Assembly (NCBI GenBank): GCA_026390585.1
Contig: JAPLFP010000360.1
Location: 1,483 to 65,482 of the forward strand
DNA: 64,000 bases
Origin: Ignavibacteriales bacterium
Lineage (GTDB): Bacteria > Bacteroidota > Ignavibacteria > UBA10030
Direction: 5' to 3'
The position numbers and the translations under genes are program-made. Below are positions 10,699 through 19,376 of the stretch, in pieces. The notes below the pieces were generated by a model, which saw nothing but the letters and a program-made list of their open reading frames with translations, did not search any database and had not been told where the DNA came from. Within the stretch, counting starts at the first letter, position 1, and the number at the start of each line of letters is the position of its first letter.

Positions 10699-10725
10699 TT
10701 GCGCACAGGCTTACAAAGGCTTTCC

Positions 10726-11223
10726 ATGGAACATTATGTTCGATCCACCCTTGCCATCCTCGTTCTGCTTCTCCTGCAGACGACCTTCATCCCGTTTCTC
10801 TCCGTGGGCGGATTTCTGCCAGACGTGTTGTTGATTTGGGTTGTGTACATTGCTGTGACGCGCGGCCAACTGGAGGCGACCATTACCGGGTTTGCTGTAG
10901 GACTTCTGCAGGATGCCGTCACAATTCAATTCTTCGGATTGAGCACACTGACCAAGACACTCGCAGGATTTGTCGCGGGCTACTTCTTCAACGAAAACCT
11001 TACGGAACAGACCCTCGGATCATACCGGTTTCTTTTGATTACTCTTCTTTCGTCGTTCGTTCATAATGTTCTTTACTATGGCATCTTCCTGCAGGGCATC
11101 CAGGATGCGTTGTTCACATCGATGATCGAGTTTAGTGTTGCCGTCAGTCTCTATACTGCGCTGGTGAGTGTTTTTCCAATGTTTACCTTTGTCCGAAAAT
11201 ATCGATTCTCTCAATCATTATGA
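10726..11223 (+). CDS. mreD: rod shape-determining protein MreD
   Basis: Hydrophobic ~165 aa, PDVLLI, GFAVGLLQD, FGLS; overlaps mrdA start. Confidence 0.9.
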   Translation: MEHYVRSTLAILVLLLLQTTFIPFLSVGGFLPDVLLIWVVYIAVTRGQLEATITGFAVGLLQDAVTIQFFGLSTLTKTLAGFVAGYFFNENLTEQTLGSYRFLLITLLSSFVHNVLYYGIFLQGIQDALFTSMIEFSVAVSLYTALVSVFPMFTFVRKYRFSQSL

Positions 11224-13052
11224 TTCACGACGAACCCTTTGGATCGCCCGAGCGGCGAAGGACGCTGACAATCGTCGTCCTTTTGATGTTCGCCTTTCTC
11301 ATCCTCCGGCTGTACCAACTTCAACTCCTGTTTCACGTTGAACTGGACAAGAAGTCGGAGGAGAACAGTGTGCGCGTACTGACAAAGGACCCTGTCCGCG
11401 GATATATGTACGACCGGTACGGCAAGCTTTTTGTTGACGTTGGTCCATCGTACTCCGTCACGCTCATACCGGCAGAATTTGAAAAGCAGAACATCGGTCT
11501 CCTCTCCTCCATTCTGCAAATGGAACCTAAGGCCCTCGAGGATCGAATTGCGCGGGCCCGCGTCTACTCTCCGTTTCTCCCTGCCCGCATCAAGCGGGAT
11601 GTGGATATGAAGACTCTTGCAGCCATCGAAGAAGACCTTCCTGTACTCACCGGGGTGAGCTATCAGGTGGAGTCTAAGCGAATCTATCCCACCCTCGCGC
11701 GAGCTTCACACCTGCTTGGATATCGACGCGAAATCTCAGACGCTCAGTTAGGAACGGCGGGTGACTATTATCGCCCCGGAGATCTTGTCGGTGTTGCGGG
11801 TCTTGAGGCCCGCTATGAATCAAGCTTGCGGGGTCAGCGGGGATTCGAATATGTCTCCGTCAATTCAAAGGGGCAGATCATCGGGAGCTTTGAAGATGGG
11901 GGGCGTGATAAGGTTGCAAAGGAGGGTTTTGATCTGCTCTTGAGCATCGATGGCGGCCTCCAGGCCTTCGCGGAATCACTGATGACGAATTACAGCGGTG
12001 CCTTGGTCGCCATGGATCCTAGCGACGGCGGTATCCTTGCCTTTGTCAGCAAGCCTGACTATGATCCAACCATCATGAGTGGTGTTACGCCTGCGGATCT
12101 TTGGTCGGAACTTCAATCGAATCCCGAAAAGCCGCTGTTCAATCGTGCGAGCCTCACGCGGTATCCTCCCGGATCTACGTTCAAGATGGTGCTTGCCGCA
12201 GCAGCGTTACAGGAAGGAATCATCGACGAGAATTATCGGATTAACTGCCGTGGCGGATTCCGTTTTGGAAATAGGACCTTTACAGACCTTCACGTTCACG
12301 GCTCGGTGAACGTTGTTGAGGCTATTCAGAGATCATGCAACGTGTTCTTCTATCAACTGATGTTGAAAGTTGGATTCGACAAGTGGAACGAATACGGTCG
12401 ACGATTCGGTTTTGGACTTGCAACCAACACAGATACAGGCGAAGAGACGACGGGCTTATTGCCTTCAACGGAGTACTATGATACTCGTTATGGCAAAGGC
12501 AAATGGACCCAGGGATTTCTCATAAGCCTTGCGATTGGCCAGGGAGAAGTTGGGGTTTCACCCCTCCAAATGGCCCGATATGCGTCGGCACTCGGGAATG
12601 GGGGAATTGTGTATCGCCCACATGCAGTCGAATTCATCCGGAACAAAGAAAACCACAAAGTTGAACCAGTCCGCCATGACTCTACGCTTGTTGGTCTCTC
12701 CCCTCACGTCATGGATCTCATTCGCGAGGGGATGCAACGCGTCGTTCAGGCTCCCGGTGGCACGGGCGGAATGGCAAGGATTCGGGGGGTCATCTCCGCC
12801 GGAAAGACCGGCACCGCACAAAATTCACACGGAAAAGATCATGCGTGGTACATCGGATTCTCGCCGTTCGAGAACCCGAAGATTGCGACCGCAGTGTTGC
12901 TGGAGAATTCAGGATTTGGAGGAGCGAAAGCGGCACCCATCGCGGGACTTGTCATGGAGCGGTATCTCTACGGACAATTGATACGTAACGTGCCAAAACC
13001 AGCGCCGGCCCGCAAGAGTCCTCCGAAGTCAATGACCCAGGCTGTGCGGTGA
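11220..13052 (+). CDS. mrdA: penicillin-binding protein 2
   Basis: RG.MYDRYG, YPPGSTFK (SxxK), SCN, KTGTAQ. Confidence 0.96.
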   Translation: MIHDEPFGSPERRRTLTIVVLLMFAFLILRLYQLQLLFHVELDKKSEENSVRVLTKDPVRGYMYDRYGKLFVDVGPSYSVTLIPAEFEKQNIGLLSSILQMEPKALEDRIARARVYSPFLPARIKRDVDMKTLAAIEEDLPVLTGVSYQVESKRIYPTLARASHLLGYRREISDAQLGTAGDYYRPGDLVGVAGLEARYESSLRGQRGFEYVSVNSKGQIIGSFEDGGRDKVAKEGFDLLLSIDGGLQAFAESLMTNYSGALVAMDPSDGGILAFVSKPDYDPTIMSGVTPADLWSELQSNPEKPLFNRASLTRYPPGSTFKMVLAAAALQEGIIDENYRINCRGGFRFGNRTFTDLHVHGSVNVVEAIQRSCNVFFYQLMLKVGFDKWNEYGRRFGFGLATNTDTGEETTGLLPSTEYYDTRYGKGKWTQGFLISLAIGQGEVGVSPLQMARYASALGNGGIVYRPHAVEFIRNKENHKVEPVRHDSTLVGLSPHVMDLIREGMQRVVQAPGGTGGMARIRGVISAGKTGTAQNSHGKDHAWYIGFSPFENPKIATAVLLENSGFGGAKAAPIAGLVMERYLYGQLIRNVPKPAPARKSPPKSMTQAVR

Positions 13053-13093
13053 TCTGGCAGCCGGCGAGCAAACGATTTCATCAACGATAATTT

Positions 13094-14314
13094 ATGCTTG
13101 AGTATCTCAAAGAATATTTTGACTACAGGGCATTGCTGATTTGTCTCGGACTCGTTGCGGTCGGCTTGCTCTCTGTCTACAGTGCAACGTACGACGTCGG
13201 TGCTGCGGCTGCTTTTGATAAGCAACTCGTGTGGGCCGGCATCGGGTTCGCAGCACTTGTGGTGGCAGCAATCTTTCCTCTGAAAACCCTCCAAAGGATT
13301 TCGTTGCCTCTCTACATTGGCACGCTGGGTGTTTTGCTTGTGATTCTTGTGATTGGTCATACGGTGGCGGGCTCGAAAAGCTGGCTCGGTGTCGCCAAAG
13401 GATTTGGCGGTCAACCGTCCGAGTTCGCCAAGGTTACAACCGTGCTGGCCCTTGCCGCCTTTCTCGCCCGAACCGCCATTTCACTTTCAAACCCCCGACA
13501 CCTCATTCTCGCAGGCGGCATTGTTGCTCTCCCCATGATGCTCATTCTTGCCGAGCCAGACCTGGGCACCTCTGTTGTTTTCTTTCTGATGCTCTTGCCA
13601 GTACTCTACTGGGCTGGTGCCTCCAATTTTGTGCTTGCAGCGATTCTTGCGCCAATCATCGCGGCGGCGGGGGCACTCTTTGGAACCCTCGTGCTTCTCG
13701 TCTCCCTGATGATCAGCGGTGCATTGCTGTATGCCGCACGCCAAAATCGATTTGCAGTTGCAGTCGCCTTTGCTCTGACGCTCGCCGTCGGATTATCCGT
13801 GCAGGCGGTGTACGAACGGCTCCCTGCATACCAGCAGAAGCGCATCTCGACATTTTTGAATCCAGGCTCCGAGCAAAAAGGGGCGGGCTATAATGTCTAT
13901 CAGTCAAAGGTTGCCATTGGCTCGGGTGGCTTTTTCGGAAAAGGGTATTTGCAGGGAACGCAGACACAGCTAAATTTTATTCCGGAGCAGTGGACGGACT
14001 TTATCTTTTGCGTTCCTGGGGAGGAGTTTGGTTTCGTGGGTGCATCAATTGTCATTGGGCTATTTACGGGCCTGTTGCTTCACGGGGTCAAGGTTGGCGG
14101 GATGTCGAAGAACAAATTTGCAAGCGCTGCATCTATTGGGATCACTGGCGTCTTTGGCGTTCATGTACTCATCAATGTCGGCATGTCCATGGGCCTGCTT
14201 CCAGTTATTGGCATTCCCCTGCCATTCCTCAGTTATGGCGGGTCTGCCCTCGTTGCGAATATGGCAATGGTTGGTCTGCTGATGAACTTCTATTCCAATA
14301 GAAAAGAACACTAG
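13094..14314 (+). CDS. rodA: SEDS glycosyltransferase RodA
   Basis: QPSEFAK, EPDLGT, AIGSGGFFGKG, PEQWTDFIF, PLPFLSYGGS. Confidence 0.96.
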   Translation: MLEYLKEYFDYRALLICLGLVAVGLLSVYSATYDVGAAAAFDKQLVWAGIGFAALVVAAIFPLKTLQRISLPLYIGTLGVLLVILVIGHTVAGSKSWLGVAKGFGGQPSEFAKVTTVLALAAFLARTAISLSNPRHLILAGGIVALPMMLILAEPDLGTSVVFFLMLLPVLYWAGASNFVLAAILAPIIAAAGALFGTLVLLVSLMISGALLYAARQNRFAVAVAFALTLAVGLSVQAVYERLPAYQQKRISTFLNPGSEQKGAGYNVYQSKVAIGSGGFFGKGYLQGTQTQLNFIPEQWTDFIFCVPGEEFGFVGASIVIGLFTGLLLHGVKVGGMSKNKFASAASIGITGVFGVHVLINVGMSMGLLPVIGIPLPFLSYGGSALVANMAMVGLLMNFYSNRKEH

Positions 14315-14365
14315 GTGTTTCTTGGCGCGTTTGGGCGACCTGGTTATTTTGCCAAGATCCTTTCG

Positions 14366-14394
14366 TTGAAACTCACCCCTCTTTTTAGTATCCT
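14366..14394 (+). promoter_or_regulatory. putative sigma70 promoter
   Basis: TTGAAA-17 nt-TATCCT upstream of the TauE/SafE gene. Confidence 0.45.
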
Positions 14395-14426
14395 GATTTC
14401 ACTTCACAACGAGTTAGAACAAGGGT

Positions 14427-15239
14427 ATGACAGCGGGTTCATTTTTTCTTCTTATCGGGGGCGGCATCGTCACGGGTACCTTTGGGGCCATGCTAGGACT
14501 CGGCGGCGGCGTGTTTCTCACCCCTTTTCTTGTTCTTGTATTTCACCTGCCCATGCACCAGGCTATAGCCACCAGTATTCTCGCCGTCATCGCCACATCA
14601 AGCGCGGGCGCTGCGATGAATGTAGAGCGCCAGATTGTTAATCTCCGCCTTGGAATGACACTCGAGGTTGCGACCGTCATTGGCGCAATCTTTGGCGGCC
14701 TGACCGCAAATGTTCTGAGTGGGGAAGTCCTCACAAGGGTTTTTTCGCTTCTTCTCCTCTGCGTTTCATTCATGATGATATGGAGAACACGACATTTCCG
14801 GGGAATCTCCACTCCAATGGGGGCTGGAGTTTTTCCTGCGAGCTTCAAGGATGAGGCCACCGGTGAGGTGGTTTCCTATTCTGTTGCACGTGTACCTTGG
14901 GTGATGGGTGTTTCGCTCATCGCGGGGAACATTTCCGGTCTCCTTGGTGTCGGCGGGGGTATCTTCAAGGTTCCGGCGATGAACATGATATCGGGAATAC
15001 CGCTCAAGGCGGCTACTGCAACAAGTAACTTTATGATCGGCGTCACTGCGGCGGCAAGCGCTTTCATCTACTTTGCACACGGACATCTGAACCCACTCGT
15101 TGCGTCGCCTGCCGCGCTCGGCGTACTCATGGGGTCTTTTGTTGGTGTGCGTATTAACCGCCGGATCAAAGGCGTCTCTCTGAGCTGGATTTTCGCTGTG
15201 GTGTTGTGTCTCATTTCTCTCAAGATGTTTTGGCGATAA
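14427..15239 (+). CDS. TauE/SafE (TSUP) family membrane transporter
   Basis: Two repeats GLGGGVFLTP / GVGGGIFKVP, KAATATSNFMIGVT. Confidence 0.88.
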   Translation: MTAGSFFLLIGGGIVTGTFGAMLGLGGGVFLTPFLVLVFHLPMHQAIATSILAVIATSSAGAAMNVERQIVNLRLGMTLEVATVIGAIFGGLTANVLSGEVLTRVFSLLLLCVSFMMIWRTRHFRGISTPMGAGVFPASFKDEATGEVVSYSVARVPWVMGVSLIAGNISGLLGVGGGIFKVPAMNMISGIPLKAATATSNFMIGVTAAASAFIYFAHGHLNPLVASPAALGVLMGSFVGVRINRRIKGVSLSWIFAVVLCLISLKMFWR

Positions 15240-15266
15240 GGCTTTCACAAAAACCTGTGATGCATT

Positions 15267-15629
15267 TTGGAATCTACGGCACCCCGTCATATTGTTGAGC
15301 GTTGGATCGGTTGGACGCTAAGGGTTGGGGTCTGGGGAAGCGCGGCTCTCATGGTGCTTGGCCTCGCACTTGCGTGGTTTTCTTCCGGTACGCTTCGTCT
15401 TCCCAACGAAAATCCCCGTCCGATCGCTGTTCTTCACAGCCTTTTGTCCGGATCGTTGGATCCTGTTATGGTGATGTTTGCGGGCCTCCTGTTTCTTATG
15501 TTAACCCCGTTTCTTCGTGTGCTCACAGCTGCGGTGGGTTTCGCAGTTGAAAAGGACCGGACATTCGTTGTTGTTGCTCTCATTGTTTTCGCCATGTTGC
15601 TTGCAGAGCTCGTGTTGTCGCTCCAATGA
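15267..15629 (+). CDS. DUF1634-like membrane protein
   Basis: IGWTLRVGV, GLLFLMLTPFLRV, EKDRTFVVV; usual partner of TSUP genes. Confidence 0.75.
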   Translation: MESTAPRHIVERWIGWTLRVGVWGSAALMVLGLALAWFSSGTLRLPNENPRPIAVLHSLLSGSLDPVMVMFAGLLFLMLTPFLRVLTAAVGFAVEKDRTFVVVALIVFAMLLAELVLSLQ

Positions 15630-15701
15630 ACAATGTTCGCTACTATCATTGCATTCACAACCGAGTGCTGTCTTCCAGTACGGCACTGAAAGATTCCCCC
15701 G

Positions 15702-16523
15702 ATGAAATTCCTTGAGAAACTCCAGAAGGTTCAGCGCAAAAATCGATCATTGCTCTGCGTCGGACTCGACACGGATCCCGCAAAACTACCGAGCCACCTT
15801 AGGACATCAAAAGGTGCCGTTGTACAATTCAATCGATCCATCATTGAGGCCACGAGCGATCTGGTGTGCGCTTACAAACTCAACCTTGCATTCTACGAAT
15901 CACTCGGCGAGCGGGGCTGGCGGATTCTCAAGGAAACTCTCTCGGCAATTCCACAACATGTCATAACGATTGGCGATGGGAAGCGAGGAGACATCGGTAA
16001 TACGGCCGAGCAATATGCACGCGCACTCTATGATGACCTCGGATTCGATGCGGCTACGGTGAGTCCTTACATGGGATATGATTCCGTTGAGCCCTTTATC
16101 CGACTCGACAGCAAATGCGCGTTTGTGCTGGCACTGACGTCAAACGAAGGCTCCAACGACTTTCAGCGACTCAACATCGGAGGACGCCCATTGTACGAAC
16201 GAATCGTGCAGGCTGCTGTGAAGTGGAATACCAAGAAGAACCTCGGCCTCGTCATTGGAGCAACCCATCCCAAGGAACTGCAACCCATCCGCAAACTCGC
16301 GCCGACTCTACCAATCCTGATTCCGGGTATCGGAAAACAGGGGGGTGATCTTGAGTCTGCTGTTCGTTTCGGTACCGACAAGAACGGAAGACTCGCGATC
16401 ATCAATGCCAGCCGCAGTGTTCTTTATGCGTCAACTGGCAAAGACTTCGCTGCAGCGGCGCGCAATGAAGCTCTGCAACTCCGCGATCAGATTCAAAAAT
16501 ACCGCGATAAATTCTTCTCATAA
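15702..16523 (+). CDS. pyrF: orotidine-5'-phosphate decarboxylase
   Basis: LCVGLD, YKLNLAFYE, DGKRGDIGNT, LIPGIGKQGG, NASRS. Confidence 0.96.
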   Translation: MKFLEKLQKVQRKNRSLLCVGLDTDPAKLPSHLRTSKGAVVQFNRSIIEATSDLVCAYKLNLAFYESLGERGWRILKETLSAIPQHVITIGDGKRGDIGNTAEQYARALYDDLGFDAATVSPYMGYDSVEPFIRLDSKCAFVLALTSNEGSNDFQRLNIGGRPLYERIVQAAVKWNTKKNLGLVIGATHPKELQPIRKLAPTLPILIPGIGKQGGDLESAVRFGTDKNGRLAIINASRSVLYASTGKDFAAAARNEALQLRDQIQKYRDKFFS

Positions 16524-16576
16524 TCCCTGTAGCTGTCTTCGCTCTGCCACATCTTATTCTCTTTGGATATTAATCC

Positions 16577-18121
16577 GTGGTCTCGCGCACACTCAACATA
16601 CACGAGCGCTTTCTCCGTCATATTTGGAACAGACAATACCTCCGTCGTGAAGAGCTGCAAACCATGGATGGACGCCACCTGCGTGTTCTTCATGCTGGAC
16701 ATTTGAATTCGGATGGTGGACCCGACGTACGTGACGCCGTCCTTCAAATAGACCGCATCACGTACCACGGCGACGTGGAAATCCATAGGACCCTTATTGA
16801 CTGGATACATCATCAGCACTACGAAGACCCGCGGTACAACAAGGTGGTGTTGCACGTCGTTCTCGAGCGCCCTCCTGGCGTCGGGACCACATTGGTTCCC
16901 AGCGGTCGCCACATACCCGTTCTCGTGCTTGAGCTCTTTCTTTCCGAGTCCATCCATACTCTTTGGCAAAAGGCTATTCTTGATGAGCGGCTGCATTCCA
17001 AGAGCGCAATACCATGTGCTGACAGAAATATCGCTGTGCCCAGAAATCTTCTTATCGATTGGATACAACACCTCTCTACAGAGCGGCTAGAACTGAAGCT
17101 GCGGCGATTCGATGAGCGATTGAGAGAGCTCGCCCAACTTCGGCTTTACACCGTTCGCGAGCATTATCCCCACAATGCACTCTGGCATATCGAGGGTAAC
17201 CCGGACGATCTTCCGCCACCGCACCGCGAGCTTTCACAGCGTGATCTTGCACAACGAGAACACTGGGACCAACTTCTGTATGAAGGATTGATGGAGGGGC
17301 TTGGCTACAGCAAGAATCGTGAGCCCTTTGTGCGTCTTTGCCGAAGCGTCACTCTTCGAGAGTTCCGGGCTCAGCATATCGAAGAGAATGAATTGGCGAT
17401 TCAAGCCCTTTTACTGGGTGCGGCGGGGCTTCTTCCACGAATAAGAGACGTGCACCACAGAGAGTCTCGTGCGTTCGTCCAATTGTTGGTTGGTGAATGG
17501 AAAACTCGAAAGAGGGTGTATTATTCGGCGATTCTCCATCCTGCCGACTGGCAATTCTTTCCAACCCGGCCATGCAATTTTCCAACACTCAGAATCGCCG
17601 CAGCAAGCGTATTCGTGAAGAAAATTCTCTGCGAAGACCTCTTCAGAAATTTGATCGGGACACTCAAGACTATTGAAGGGGGAACCGAAGCCTTCGGGTC
17701 TATCCGCGAACACCTCGCTGTAGCACCGCTCCCCTTTTGGAGGAACCATTATCAATTCGATCATCCCACGGCAAAGCCAACACAGGCTTTGGGACCCGAG
17801 CGGATTGGCGATCTCATCACGAATACTGTGATTCCCCTGGCTCTTCTCTATGCGAGAATATTCAAAGATCGCCTCGTTCGGGAGCGTGCTCTTCAGCTCT
17901 TTGCCTCCGCACCCCCAAGCGCGGAAAACTCCATAACGAAGTTGATGGATAAACATCTCCTTCGGGGTGCCGTTAGCTTACGATCTGTTATGAACCAGCA
18001 GGGGGTAATTCAGCTTTACAAGTATTATTGTCTCGAAGGGCGATGCGCTGAATGCGCGGTTGGCGGTGTTGTCCGTACAGACAGCTCTCGCGGGGGGAGC
18101 GAAAGCTCGAATAGTACTTGA
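16577..18121 (+). CDS. DUF2851 family protein
   Basis: E.FL.HIW, G..N...GPD, GDVEIH..DW..HQH..DP.YNKVVLHVV, RPCNFPTLRIA, C-terminal YC..GRC.EC.VG. Confidence 0.85.
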   Translation: MVSRTLNIHERFLRHIWNRQYLRREELQTMDGRHLRVLHAGHLNSDGGPDVRDAVLQIDRITYHGDVEIHRTLIDWIHHQHYEDPRYNKVVLHVVLERPPGVGTTLVPSGRHIPVLVLELFLSESIHTLWQKAILDERLHSKSAIPCADRNIAVPRNLLIDWIQHLSTERLELKLRRFDERLRELAQLRLYTVREHYPHNALWHIEGNPDDLPPPHRELSQRDLAQREHWDQLLYEGLMEGLGYSKNREPFVRLCRSVTLREFRAQHIEENELAIQALLLGAAGLLPRIRDVHHRESRAFVQLLVGEWKTRKRVYYSAILHPADWQFFPTRPCNFPTLRIAAASVFVKKILCEDLFRNLIGTLKTIEGGTEAFGSIREHLAVAPLPFWRNHYQFDHPTAKPTQALGPERIGDLITNTVIPLALLYARIFKDRLVRERALQLFASAPPSAENSITKLMDKHLLRGAVSLRSVMNQQGVIQLYKYYCLEGRCAECAVGGVVRTDSSRGGSESSNST

Positions 18122-18140
18122 TTCCTTCGACTCTGCAATC

Positions 18141-19361
18141 TCATGTCTTCTGTTGTTTCTTCTTTGCTGCAGGAAACAGTACGTTGTTCAGGATGAGCCG
18201 GTAGCCTGGGGAGTTCTTGTGAAGCGACAGATCGGTTGGTGGATCGCCGACTGCGTGCTGGTAATCTTCAGGATCGTGTCCTCCGTACCAAGTAAATGTG
18301 CCCCGGCCGTAGTTACCGTGAAGGTAACGAACTTCCTCTGTTCCTTCCCGCTGTGCAAGAATGGTAATCGTCCGCTTGATCAGGCTCTTGCGAAACGCCG
18401 TCGTCTGCCCCATAAACCCTTTCACGATTGAAACGTGGTTCTGCGAGAGCATGCTCGGCACGGGATCGTATTTCGCAGAGAACTCAAACAGCGTGAAGTA
18501 GTCTGTGTTTGGATCGCGAATGGGGGGCGGATCGCTGGGGGGGATGTCAATGTCCGAGTCCGGGTCGGGGGGGTCGCCATCAAACATGACGTCACAAATG
18601 TCAACATTTTCAGCAGCGAGCGCGATATCATAGCTGTCGGTGGCGGAACACATGGCAAACATGAAACCGCCGTTGCCAACAAATTCCTTGATGCCGCGCG
18701 TGACCGCCTTTTTCTCTTCTGAGACCTTCTTGAATCCCAGGCGCTTTGCCTCTTTTTCATAGAGGATCTGTTGGTCGATATACCATTGTGCGTACCGATA
18801 ATTCGCGTAGAATTTTCCGTACTGTCCCGTGAAGTCTTCGTGGTGGAGGTGAAGCCAATCGTAGTCAGCAAGTTTCCCGGAAAGAACCTCTTCATCCCAC
18901 ACTTTTGTGTAGGGAATCTCTGCGTATTCAAGGGCGATGGTAACAGCATCATCCCATGGTTTAAATGTCGGCGGAACATAGACCGCTATCTTGGGCACCT
19001 TCTCGAGACGCACAACGTCCATGTTGTTATCTTCCCGCTGAACCTCTGCATAGATCGATGACGCGTCGGACGCAGATGCCGGTTCGAAAAGCACGCCCCG
19101 AATCCTGCACTCCCGTGCCGCAACATCGCTGAAGTCCAACATAAATGACCCTCCGCGGTAGTTGAGGAGCCAGTCGACTGTACCGTTGTGCTGCAGGATC
19201 CAAAAGGCAACGCCGTACGCCTTGAGATGGTCGGTTTGCCTGATGTCCATCGGTATCAGCAGTTTTGCCTGACCGAAAGCGGAGCCCTGAGCTGCAATGA
19301 CAACAATCGCTATGAAGGCTGCCTGAACGTAGTGTTTCAGTCCTATCGCCGTCCTGATCAT
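18141..19361 (-). CDS. conserved FCB secreted protein (often labelled 'asparagine synthetase B'; glutamine amidotransferase-like, function unknown)
   Basis: Signal peptide, LIPMD..Q.DHLKAYG, YDWLHLHHEDFTGQYGKF, GGFMFAMCSATD, GGHDPEDYQH, NSPGYRLILNNVLFPAAKKK. Confidence 0.75.
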   Translation of the reverse strand: MIRTAIGLKHYVQAAFIAIVVIAAQGSAFGQAKLLIPMDIRQTDHLKAYGVAFWILQHNGTVDWLLNYRGGSFMLDFSDVAARECRIRGVLFEPASASDASSIYAEVQREDNNMDVVRLEKVPKIAVYVPPTFKPWDDAVTIALEYAEIPYTKVWDEEVLSGKLADYDWLHLHHEDFTGQYGKFYANYRYAQWYIDQQILYEKEAKRLGFKKVSEEKKAVTRGIKEFVGNGGFMFAMCSATDSYDIALAAENVDICDVMFDGDPPDPDSDIDIPPSDPPPIRDPNTDYFTLFEFSAKYDPVPSMLSQNHVSIVKGFMGQTTAFRKSLIKRTITILAQREGTEEVRYLHGNYGRGTFTWYGGHDPEDYQHAVGDPPTDLSLHKNSPGYRLILNNVLFPAAKKKQQKT

Positions 19362-19376
19362 TGAACGTGTGTCTTT

